The position numbers and the translations under genes were made by a program. A DNA stretch of 63,475 nt, the filler included, from Rhabdomonas costata (taxonomy: Eukaryota): the NCBI GenBank assembly GCA_019059605.1. It is 54 parts of 54 records of this genome, joined end to end, with 100 filler letters (N's around TTAATTAATTAA, not from the genome) between each part and the next. Parts side by side here need not be neighbours in the genome. Positions count along the whole stretch, not along the records: positions 36,504 to 37,581 come from JAHMHO010029849.1; positions 37,682 to 38,758 come from JAHMHO010029850.1; positions 38,859 to 39,935 come from JAHMHO010029851.1; positions 40,036 to 41,112 come from JAHMHO010029852.1; positions 41,213 to 42,289 come from JAHMHO010029853.1; positions 42,390 to 43,466 come from JAHMHO010029854.1; positions 43,567 to 44,643 come from JAHMHO010029855.1; positions 44,744 to 45,820 come from JAHMHO010029856.1; 46 more parts are not named here. One strand, given 5' to 3'. Positions within the stretch are counted from its first letter, which is position 1; every line of letters begins with the position of its first letter. The notes beneath the pieces are model-generated. The model saw only the letters and a program-made list of their open reading frames with translations. It did not search any database and was not told the origin of the DNA. Positions 37,441-48,400 of this stretch are shown piece by piece.

Positions 37441-38539
37441 TCGACACCAGACCAGCCATTGACTTTCCACTGACCTCACAAGTTACACATTCCTCCTATA
37501 CAAACGCTCCCTGCCTCCCTGCCCTCTGGAAAAGATTATCTTCTGTCTGACGCTCCGAGTTTCCCACTGGGATGAGTGTGCNNNNNNNNNNNNNNNNNNN
37601 NNNNNNNNNNNNNNNNNNNNNNNNNTTAATTAATTAANNNNNNNNNNNNNNNNNNNNNNNNNNNNNNNNNNNNNNNNNNNNTTTGTTTGTTTGCAGGTGG
37701 CCCTTTTGTCGGGGCAGCTGTGGGTTTTTTACCACAACATTTCACTGAGCTTTCAACTTGCCGGGAGACAAGTGTTGTTCATTCCAGGGTTGCAGCGGAA
37801 GCTCATTTTCTGCCTTATGCTACGTAACTGTTGAGCATTCTTTTGCTGTTTCGTCATTCTTTGTTTGATTCAGATTTGTTGTTTAGCACTGTGTCATTTC
37901 TGTTGCCCGTAGCTGCGAAGAATGATGTCTTCCCATCGGCCTGTTTCGGGAACACCCTCCCGTACACCTGCAGAGCCTTTTGGGGGAGCCAAGATCCCCC
38001 TGAGAAAAAGCTCCATGGCTGCAGGTTTTTCTTGGGTGGTGTGAAAGCTGTCTGAGAAAAGAAATCCGTCTCTGAAATGCCATCTATTCCCGATTGCTCT
38101 TTGTCGAGGAATACGGAACCCGGCAGCTCAGAAGTGGCGGCAAAGAGTCCATTCCGAAAGCCTTTTATTCTGTGCGCAAACACTTATACACACAGATGAG
38201 TATTGTCCAAAAATTGTCCAATACCGCGGCAAATCCGAAAGGGCCGATGGGTTCTGGCCCCGCGCATGAAGTTCTGCGATTTCTTCTCTCTTGTGGGGTT
38301 ATGTTGAATAGCCCCAATTGAAGTTCTACACTCTCCGAGTTGCCTGAAAAGGGAAAATGCCTTCCCGGCAAAACTATCCCTTGTCACTCCAGTGGGTTGC
38401 GGTCCAGTCTGTACGGGTGCTACTATAAAACCCACCCTGGGGCAGCAGTCGAAAAAAACCCTGTGGTGCTCTGTGCCCTTGTCTTCCACGCTTGCACGCA
38501 TTCTCTCGGGTTCCTTGCTTACAGGTTTGCCTATTCATA

Positions 38540-38750
38540 AGGGAACAGGCTCCACCGTCGACGCGTCTTCTTCCTCAACTACTTTTTCAACATCGAGAAG
38601 GGCCACTGGGGCTCGTGCGGGCTCATTACCTGGTGGTGTTTCCGCGGGTTCTTTTGATGAAACAGCGTACTGGGACTTTATCCACCGCCCTGTGGAGCCG
38701 CGGGACTTGGGCCACACCTGCAAGCAGTGCAAGCGTGGAAGACAAGGGCA
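38540..38750 (+). CDS. Possible exon ending in CxxC (YWDFIHRPVEPRDLGHTCKQCK)
   Basis: CATAAG acceptor, open frame and a CxxC pair. Family not recognised. Confidence 0.3.
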
Positions 38751-38859
38751 CAAACCACNNNNNNNNNNNNNNNNNNNNNNNNNNNNNNNNNNNNNNNNNN
38801 NNTTAATTAATTAANNNNNNNNNNNNNNNNNNNNNNNNNNNNNNNNNNNNNNNNNNNNG

Positions 38860-39612
38860 TACGGGGGCTCCGGGCTTGGGTTGGTGATCACGCGGCAGGT
38901 GGTTGCGCTGATGGGGGGCCGGGTGTATGTGGACGCGGATCGTACGGCGCTAGGGGTGGGTTCGACGTTTGTGGTGGAGCTGACATTGCCCGCGGTTGGG
39001 CCGCTCCCGGAGGTCCCCGTGCCCCTGCCAATTCAGATACCTTCCAGCCCGGAGAACGTGTCTCCGCACCATTCTTCCACATTGGCCTCTCATGAGGAAC
39101 TGTTGAATCTTAAGCTTATGGATACTATCGCTGTCGGCCAGACCTCTACCCCAGAGCCCAGCGCTGACATACAAGAAGGAGGACGGCCAAGTCTTCAGAA
39201 CCAGATAGAGCTTCCTGTCATTGACGTGACCCCGGTGTCCGCTGTAGACGGAGTGAACCCTGTCCATCCTTCTGTGTCAGCCTTGAATATTGTGAAGTCT
39301 CAACACTTGCGGCGCCCCGGCCTGGGAACCCTCCCAAGTCTCGACCTGAACTTCTTCGACGTCGCCAGGGTCAGAAAGGGCTCGGGAGTCTCGGCCACGG
39401 TTTTCTCCTCCAGCTCTTCCATGCGCAGCACGTCCAGTTCGGTTCCCTCCCCTCACTCTGGCGCAACGTCGGTGGCGCCTGCTCAGGCCCACACTCACGA
39501 GGAGCGGTTCTCGTGCTTCCGCGTGCTGGTGGTGGACGACAGCATGCTGAACCTCACCCTAACGGCCCGAGTGCTTCGTTCGATGGGATTCATGTCGATC
39601 TTCACAGCGTCA
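38860..39612 (+). CDS. Hybrid histidine kinase: HATPase_c C-terminus, Ser/Pro-rich linker, start of receiver domain
   Basis: YGGSGLGLVITRQVVALMGGRV...GVGSTF.V.L (G2 box) and RVLVVDD..LNL.....L..MG. Confidence 0.92.
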
Positions 39613-40207
39613 GGCATGACAGCTTTTCGCAGCATAGTTATCGCAGTGGGATGGTGTCTCACGCCACTTTGCTCAGCGGATTCGGGATTCGATTTCTGAT
39701 GAATCTCTCAACTCAGTTCATTTCGAGAGAGATAGAGAGAGAGGCAGGTGGCTCGAGTCGGGTGCCCATATGCCGTAGCTGCGTGAGACGTGTGGAGGAA
39801 GAAGTGTGGAGGAACGAGGCATGCCGCGTTTCGAGAGGCTTATTTTTTCCAGAGACCCCAGTTTCTCCCATTATTTCCACAACTTTCCATCGGGTTGTCG
39901 CGTCATTTTGTCCATGGCAAGGTCCCCCAAAACTTNNNNNNNNNNNNNNNNNNNNNNNNNNNNNNNNNNNNNNNNNNNNTTAATTAATTAANNNNNNNNN
40001 NNNNNNNNNNNNNNNNNNNNNNNNNNNNNNNNNNNGGGGGTTTTTGGCTTCTGGCTTTATACCTTGCTTTGCGTTCTCGCGCCTTTGCTTCAGCGCCCGT
40101 CACACCTCGCGCTCGGTCGGTTTTTCCGTTGTGGAACGATTTCTTCCTTTGACAATGCGATGCAACAGAGGGAGGACGGGTGTCGAGGGTGTGTGGGTTC
40201 ACCTCAG

Positions 40208-40901
40208 CGGCGAAGTCCAAAGAGGCGCCTGGCGACAAGTCCCCAGACAAGAAGGGCAAGACCGGGAAGGGCCAGAAAGAGGATCCAGCTCCCACCCCTA
40301 CAGGTGACGTTGAAGCTTCTTGGGCACACGATTCGGGTCAACGTTGTTTCATTTCAGCAAACCTTTGATTGGGCTCTTGCTTTGGTGGGTTTCTATGCAA
40401 CGTTTTTGGCTGCTGGTTGCGTTTTTTTGGTCATTTGCTCGATCTCCTGGCAGAATCGTCCTCAGCACAATGATGCGGGTCGGGAGTCGCTAGTTACAAT
40501 CACAATGTTGCGAGGTAGAATCGAGGAAAACCTGCTGCCTGCTTTACACACAAAAACCGTCGGGTTCATAATTCATCAGCCAGAGAGGGTTCGTCTTGCG
40601 GCATATCACTGCTGGCATCTCTTGCAGTGATAACTTACAGGTACGGTGTAATAGAGGGGAAAGTTTGAGCGTGGCGTTGTCCCCTTACGTTCTCCTTTTA
40701 GCTGTAAATCCGCAAGAAACTCCTCTAACTTTCTCGGATGGGCCTTTTCAATGTCGCCACCCAGAGGAGGTGTTGTGCCTGTGTGAATCGCAGTGGCGAA
40801 ACCACGCCCGCTGCCCATCTCTCCTCCTGTCGACAAGCTCATTCGTCAGCCCTTCATCTCTTCGCTGGTGCAGAAGATCCTCACTGTGGTCTTCGACGAC
40901 G
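40208..40901 (+). CDS. Two phase-1 exons of an unknown protein (40208-40303; 40794-40901)
   Basis: CAG|...G|GT boundaries on both. Peptides AKSKEAPGDKSPDKKGK... and AKPRPLPISPPVDKLIRQPFISSLVQKILTVVFDD. Confidence 0.45.
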
Positions 40902-42580
40902 GTTTGTAATCTGACTGCGGAACTGGGCGGTGGCGTTTTGGGAGGAGGGGGTCACCTTATCGCTCTGTGCTTGTTTCAGTATGCCGCCCCGTAAGTTGGT
41001 AGCGAGATCAGTTGCCCCATCATTCTGCCAAAGCATCGAAATCATTTTCTGCTCTCCGCTGCCAGCCAATGTCCAATGGCGAACAACCCCTGCAGCAACG
41101 GAACAACCCCCCNNNNNNNNNNNNNNNNNNNNNNNNNNNNNNNNNNNNNNNNNNNNTTAATTAATTAANNNNNNNNNNNNNNNNNNNNNNNNNNNNNNNN
41201 NNNNNNNNNNNNCCCGTGTAAACCCGGGGGACTCATCCCACCCATACCCCAACCGAAGATGTACTGCTGTGGAGCGTGTATGGCGACCTAAACTTGTGAA
41301 AATCTTCTATTATCATAAATCTTCTATTTTCCTCCGGTGGTTACAATATCGCACTTATTTATTTGACTTTATTCCATTGTGAACTTCTTTTATGTCATTG
41401 TGCTGTATTTATTCTATTTTATGCTCTATTTCTTGAAATACAATCATTTCTTGTACATTTTTGTATTGGCAGTGCTTTTTTACTCAATCTTTTAAGGGCT
41501 TTGCCTGCACTGGTATAAAAACTTGCATCAAAGATGTTACACTCAAGACTCCTGGTTTTTGATTATATTTCCCGTTGTAGACTTTACACTGTATTCTCAA
41601 TTGCTATTGCTGTCTGGCTCTGCATTCCTAGATGCCATGGCTCATACTTTGTCTCACTATTTTTTTCAAAGATTGTGTTTCCCTCATGTGTGGTAGCAGC
41701 CGGCTGGTTACTCACGTCCCAAACGTGCAATCTTTCTTTGGAATAACTATAGTTAGCACACTCATCACAATAATAGAACCCATAATTTAATCTTCCGCAT
41801 ATCAGAACCAAAGATAAGAAACGGGAGCACTTTTCCGAGACACATCTAATAAAAGTGCACACGTTAGTAAAACTATAAAACAGTGGCCTCAACAATCTTC
41901 AGAAACTTATTAAACATAAACGTCCCTTCGCTTACGCTACGGGCTTAGGTAGTCTTTGTAAATATTTTTTTGCCAAAATAATATGGTACATTTCACGTCA
42001 AAACAGAATTAATCTGTATTTCTCAACTAATATAACCATGTATTTACCACAAATCATGTTTTTAACGCTTTCTATAGCTCAAATGCGGTCAATCTAGTTA
42101 CTGTTTAATATAAGCAGTTTTCGTATGCTACAAACGATTAACACTGCAGCGGAAATCTACCATTAGTAGCAAATCATGTGGATATTTGGTGGTAGAAACA
42201 ATGACGCTATTTTGGCTGTTGTAAATGAATTTTGATTGGCAATTTCCATTTTTTCACTAGTAATATCGTCATTGTTTCTACCACCAAAANNNNNNNNNNN
42301 NNNNNNNNNNNNNNNNNNNNNNNNNNNNNNNNNTTAATTAATTAANNNNNNNNNNNNNNNNNNNNNNNNNNNNNNNNNNNNNNNNNNNNGTTGTGTGGTA
42401 TTCATTTGCACAGATGCACACAGAGATGCTCAATACCGCCCATCAGAGCAACAGGGGTCATGACGATGCTCCAGTGACGAAGCTTCAGCATTCCAAGGCG
42501 GTACATCTGCAAAAAAAAATTGAGTGAAACAAGAGCTCGAGATAAGCACCGGCACGCAAGAAAATGATGAGGGGCAGGAC

Positions 42581-42700
42581 CTGCCGGAACATGTTTCCGG
42601 TGGTAGTGAGGTGGAAGGGGGAGATGGTGCGGTAGATGATACCCTTCTGGGGAAGAAGAACCCGCTGCTCCTGGCGCACGTAGGGGGAGGTCCCCTCCAT
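42581..42700 (-). CDS. Probable exon (MEGTSPYVRQEQRVLLPQKGIIYRTISPFHLTTTGNMFRQ)
   Basis: TTCAG|...CAG|GT, 120 nt. Confidence 0.4.
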
Positions 42701-44368
42701 CTGAAGCAAGAGCGCAGGAGATTTAATTCCGCTATGATACTCTCATTCACAGGAACCTATCGTCAAACGACCGTACAGATAAGATGAGAAAAGAAAGGTT
42801 ACGCAAAAGGAAATAAGCGGAACCTATATTTTTAACTCCGCAGACCACGAACAACAATGAAGCCGCGGGACGCACATCCAGCCGTCAGACCACAGCAACG
42901 CTGGACGCTGCTGTCGACTCGTCTCGCTCTGCCGTTTGCGCCATCTTCACGCAGTGTTCCCTCTCTCTGTTGCTTGTGGAGACTGTTGCCTTGGGTGCTA
43001 TCTGGGCTTACTTTTGTGCACGGAAAATGGGGTAGGCCTTATGTGTGGATCTGGAGTACGTACGGAGTACGGCACATCGTCGCCGTAAAAGCAGGAAGAA
43101 CGGGATAATGACGCTCCAGCACCGTGCTTCGACCCTCTCTGCCTTTTGCTTATGCGACTGCTCGTGGCGGTGGCGGGATTGCTGACTCCGGTGAACATCA
43201 GCTTCTAGGGTTGCAATTGGAAGACCCGTTTAGAAAGCGAGGTCATGCGGATTCTCAAAGGGCCAGAGCCGCAAATTGCCCCAAATTGCGTTCAAATTGC
43301 GCCAAATCCTTCTGCTGTGCCTTTGCTTGTGTGTGGTGTTGCGTCACTCGCGCATGTGCAACCCTGCGGAGCCCAAATTGCTGTCTTCAACTGCCAAGTA
43401 GGACCAGCCGAACATTTCTGCATTGCGATTGTGATAGTGCCCCCCCTCTCACTCGCACGCACTACCNNNNNNNNNNNNNNNNNNNNNNNNNNNNNNNNNN
43501 NNNNNNNNNNTTAATTAATTAANNNNNNNNNNNNNNNNNNNNNNNNNNNNNNNNNNNNNNNNNNNNGTGGTGGTTAGAACGGGCAAGCAAGCGATTTCTG
43601 TATTTTTGAACAGTGGGGTCTTCCTGCAGTATTTCTCAGGCCTGTTCCAACTGCCCCCGGACCGGCACCAATTCACTGACCTTCCAAATGGCCTCACGTT
43701 TGCGTGTTCGTATCCTTTCAGTCTTTTCAGAAAACAAACGCGAACAAAAACGCAATTGTCCACAAGCCAGTCCAGGAAGAAGATCGGAAGTTCACCGGTT
43801 CGAGGATGCAATCTAGTTCGCCTGTATTGACCTGGTCTGGACTCCTGGTTAGGCCTCTTCGCGCTTAAACAAGCGCCTTCTTAGGTCTGAGCTAACACAT
43901 AGCAACGACTCATAACTCACGCAAACATGTACACACCGCTCCAGGGTTCTCCGCCAAAACCTCTGCCACAATCGCGTTCAGGTCGGCGTCTTCCAGACCC
44001 ACAATAGAGCCCATCGTCCCCGGGCACTTCTCGCTGGCTGCCTGCATGGCCTCAGCCCTAGTCTTGACAAGCTGCAAAGAACGCAACACACCCTCACAGC
44101 AAAATTAGGCAGAATAAGGCGGGGCAGAGGCAAACACAAACGAGAAGACCCCACAGTCTCACTCACTCATTTACTTATATAATTTGACTGAAGTGGGTGT
44201 AATAAAAACCATGTAATAATTTAGTATATCCATGTGGTGATGGTGGCAGTAGGGGTGGTGTTGGCATGGTTGGGTCTACCTAGGTAGTGTAGCGGCATTG
44301 CCGCACCTTGCGGTCGGATGTATTTTGGGGAGGAAGGGGGTGTTAAGTTGCTAAACGGTGAGTTACAA

Positions 44369-44473
44369 AATAGGACATTTTGTAACGGGGTACCTTTCCT
44401 CGGTTTTTCTGGTGTGCTAGAGGCTGACTTCAGTGAAATTGCCCGGGAACGGGGATGAACGGTTCCCAAGGAG
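44369..44473 (+). repeat. Dispersed repeat family B, copy 2
   Basis: Similarity to 34446-34549. Confidence 0.85.
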
Positions 44474-45307
44474 TCCCAGGAGTGCCTCGCCCGCAGCGTT
44501 GCGAACTGTACAGCGGTCTTGCAGGCAATGATCTAAACTATGTTTGTATGTGTTTTTTTTGAAGGGGGCTTCTTTTTCTTCTTTTTTTTGTGAGAGCTCG
44601 TTTTGGATCGTCGCTTTGGCTCTCGGGAAATGAAAAACAACAANNNNNNNNNNNNNNNNNNNNNNNNNNNNNNNNNNNNNNNNNNNNTTAATTAATTAAN
44701 NNNNNNNNNNNNNNNNNNNNNNNNNNNNNNNNNNNNNNNNNNNGTGTTTTTGGACCTTCCCATATACTTGGCCGGGGCTCCTGGTCGGTACTGGTACTGC
44801 GCAGTATACACAGTTCTCTCCCTCCCTTGCCGTTTCAAACATTTGAACGCTGAACACTGGCTCAGCTAAAGGTAGATCCCGGTAGTGCTAAAGTCTGGCG
44901 CACCTAAATGGGCCGCACTGTTTCCAACTGTCACTGCCCACGTTGACACAATGGGTTCGTTGAAGGCCTTTCAAATTGCCCCCAGCGCATGAATCCCCAA
45001 AACTCTCCGTCATTTTTCTTCTGCCCTTCTATATCTTCGTGTTTTGTGTGCTCATCCGAGATGCAGTCATGTTGCGGAAAATTTGGTTGCTCTTACATAA
45101 CAGCGCGCACCTTCATCTCAATTAGCTGCTTCACTTTAAGCGGATTTTTGAAGTACCCTTGTACTGCTGACGATTCTTGTGTATGATATAATGCCGTCAA
45201 ATGCCTCCTGTCTGCACATGATGCAGTGCAATCGATGTACTCCTCCATCCGAAGGGAACTGTCCAACCAAATTTCCAATGTTGTTTACGCCCTTCTTTTA
45301 CCCCACA

Positions 45308-45458
45308 CCGTGTGGAGCGTACACCGAGTGCGGCGCTTGTTTCGCCCACTCGGGGTGCCAGTGGTGCGTGGGCTCCAGCACGTGCATCGGTTCGAGCTCG
45401 TCGTGCAACAGCGGCGTTGTAGCGAGCAGCTACTCCCAGTGCTACGATGGCCTCTCAG
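45308..45458 (+). CDS. PSI-like cysteine-rich domain exon (CGAYTECGACFAHSGCQWCVGSSTC...C...C)
   Basis: C-x5-C-x2-C-x5-C-x-W-C-x5-C spacing typical of plexin/attractin PSI modules. Confidence 0.7.
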
Positions 45459-47108
45459 GTCTGGCCTGTACACTGCGGGGTGTTCCATTTAATCTGTCTA
45501 TCGCGGAAATACCTCCACCTTTTTGCCGAAAAAAGCATTTCTCTTTGTTGGGTGGGGTTCCTCAAGGGGTGTGGGTTTATAGTTCCTGATACGGGGTATT
45601 CCAAAAGGTAATTTCTTTTGAATGCGCGTTTTCCTAATCTCAGTCGCATGCCTGGGACCAGCATTGAGAAACTAGATTGGTGAAAAAGGTGGTGGAGATG
45701 TAGTGATAAAGAGATTTCTTACACACTGTTCAGCAAGGCGTCGGAAAGTCCGCGAAGAGAGAAGAGAGAAAGAGCGATTCAGCAGTCTCCCCAGGGAAAC
45801 ATCAGGAACCGGATTTCCAANNNNNNNNNNNNNNNNNNNNNNNNNNNNNNNNNNNNNNNNNNNNTTAATTAATTAANNNNNNNNNNNNNNNNNNNNNNNN
45901 NNNNNNNNNNNNNNNNNNNNTGTGGTGGTGTGTTTGGGTTTTTGGGGATATCGGGCAAGCTTGTAAAGGAGGCCACTGAAGCGGTATCCGAGGCTCCGGT
46001 TGAGCTGCAATCCGAGTCCGTTGCATGGGTGTGCGTGCTCGCTGCGTCAGTGGCTCTCCAGGGGGGCTGCACTTCACCGCCTCGGCTACGGGGTGAGGAG
46101 GCTGAGGGCCCAGCTGAGCCAAGCCCGAAAATTGGGGTCTTCCCGTCACCGGCATCTTCCAGGCTGCTACGAAGCGTGGCAGTGGTAGGAACGGATGCGG
46201 GACGGGGACCTAGGGGAGTAGACTTGTTTGGACTAGGGAGGTATCCCAGGAGTGAGGGATTCATTTTGCAGGGAGTGCCTGGGATGGGCGAGTTCGAGTT
46301 CGGTTCACACAAATGGATTTGTTGCTGTACAAACGAACACGTGTGTAGAAAAAAATATAAAAAGTCTGTCGGTGGATACAGACGGGAAACACACCATAAA
46401 ATTAAGGGCAGAAACCAGGCTTTTAAAGGAACAGTTGCACCCCAGTGCCACTTCACAATCGTTAGGGTGGTTGGACTTGGATGTTGAGTTGTTGGTTGTT
46501 GATCATGGCGTTGGTGTCACTGTTGGGGCTGTTAGTGTTGGCGTGCTTGGTGCTTATTGTGTCCTTGACCTTGGTGTGTGGTTGGAACTTGTGGGGTGTT
46601 GGTGGTGGGGTTCATGGTCGTGGTTGTGTCACTTCTTTGGGTTGTCACAATCGTACCACAACCAGATGCGTTCTAAAGGTTTTGTGTTCCTACACAATTG
46701 GGAAGCCGTAAAATAAACTCAAGCATTTATCAAGCGTTAATTTGTGGGCAAAGACAATCACTTAGGTTTCTTAAATCGTGGCCAGACGGAATGCAGACTG
46801 CGCCCGTCCGTTGTGACACTAATTAAAACCGGCATTCCACTCCCAACTCACTCGCCATTTCCGCTAAAAGGGTGGACAAGTTTTTCACGGTGACTTTCGG
46901 ACTCTTGGACGATTTGTCCTACCCTCTACCCATAAGTTCTTACTATACGATGTAATCTGCTTTAATCTCAAACTAATTGTTCACTTGCACCACAACANNN
47001 NNNNNNNNNNNNNNNNNNNNNNNNNNNNNNNNNNNNNNNNNTTAATTAATTAANNNNNNNNNNNNNNNNNNNNNNNNNNNNNNNNNNNNNNNNNNNNGGG
47101 GGTGTGTG

Positions 47109-48173
47109 CGGCGGCAGAATATTATGTCGCAGCTGCAGAGCGTGTATGACCGGGAGTTCTCGTTCACGATGTGGGAGACCAGCGACTTCCCTCACTTCCT
47201 GGAGGGCACTGGGGTGCTGGTGATGGATCGAGTGAACAAGGCCCGTGCGTCGCGGCTTCCCCATCGCCCACCAGCACTGCGCACGTGCACTGGAGGGTTT
47301 GTGGGGCATTGTCTTGTCCGTCGAGGTTGATCTTATGGGCTGCACTTCAGCAGACGTTATTGTGAGGGGAGTTTGGTCGTAATGGCATTGGGATGGGCTC
47401 AGTTTTTATCTGTATATATTGTCCGTGTCACCACAAAAAGTCACAACCGAAAAAAGTGCACTCTAAATCAGTTTCGGACTCCGAAGCAAAAAAAAAAGGA
47501 GGGGGGGGGTGGCGAAATAAATTGGTTTTTACCGGGAGGATTTTTGTTTCCTTTTGGCCTGTTCGTTGTGTTCCTGCCCCTACAACTTTCTTTTGAGATG
47601 ATGCGTCACACGCCTCCGCTGCCACTACTACTACTGCTACTACTACTACTACTGCTACTACTACTACTCTCCCGTGCGACTCTCCCGTAACCTCCCGTCC
47701 TCTCCTTTTTCGCTCTGTGCTGCTGCTGTCCGCTCCCGACTTTGAACAGTGGACAATGTGACTGGTTTTATTATTTCCCGTTGAATCCTTTGCCGTTTTG
47801 CGTCTTTGCTTTTCTGCTGTTCAAACACACACACTTTTGGGGCTGCAGGTGGGAGAATTTCACCAAAAGGAAAAGCAGCACAACATCAACAGGTCGACAA
47901 CCTGCAGCAGGATCACAAAAGTTTGGTTTTGGTTGTGCAACAACCAAGATATATAGGAAGGAGAAAAGGAGGAGATAGCATAGCATAACAACAGAATCAT
48001 GGGGAAAGCGCTTGACAAACACACATACACACACAGGTCGCGTACGCCGCGCTGTCCCAGCGGTGCTATGAGAAAATTGCCAGCGCGTGGGCCACCAAGC
48101 TGCGGTACCGTCTGGTCAGCTTCCGCGCGGTGGATATCCAGGGCAGGCCCACCCCACACCAAACCCACCCACA
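47109..48173 (+). CDS. Amidinotransferase superfamily (CtlX/arginine-deiminase-related) protein, exons 47109-47240 and 48037-end
   Basis: FLEGTGVLVMDRVNK|VAYAALSQR...YRLVSFRAVD..GRP matches the CtlX-like consensus FLEGTGS.VLDR.N..AY..LS.R...Y..V.F.A.D..G.PIYHTN. Confidence 0.85.
47623..47668 (+). repeat. (CTA)n microsatellite with CTG interruptions, intronic
   Basis: Direct reading. Confidence 0.9.
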
Positions 48174-48275
48174 NNNNNNNNNNNNNNNNNNNNNNNNNNN
48201 NNNNNNNNNNNNNNNNNTTAATTAATTAANNNNNNNNNNNNNNNNNNNNNNNNNNNNNNNNNNNNNNNNNNNNAG

Positions 48276-48400
48276 CAACTAATTTTAATCACCTGATTGC
48301 GCACTATTAAAGCACCATAAGTGGAAGAGCTGTTCCTCCAAGAGGTGTCGCGTCATCAAGGCTTACCTTTGGGCATCATCTCCGAAATGGACAAGAGTGT
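48276..48400 (+). mobile_element. Degenerate Ty3/gypsy integrase fragment
   Basis: LILIT*LRTIKAP*VEELFLQEVSRHQGLPLGIISEMD resembles the rve core (T.TA..VA.LF..EV.R.HGLP..I.SDRD) and has in-frame stops. Confidence 0.65.
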
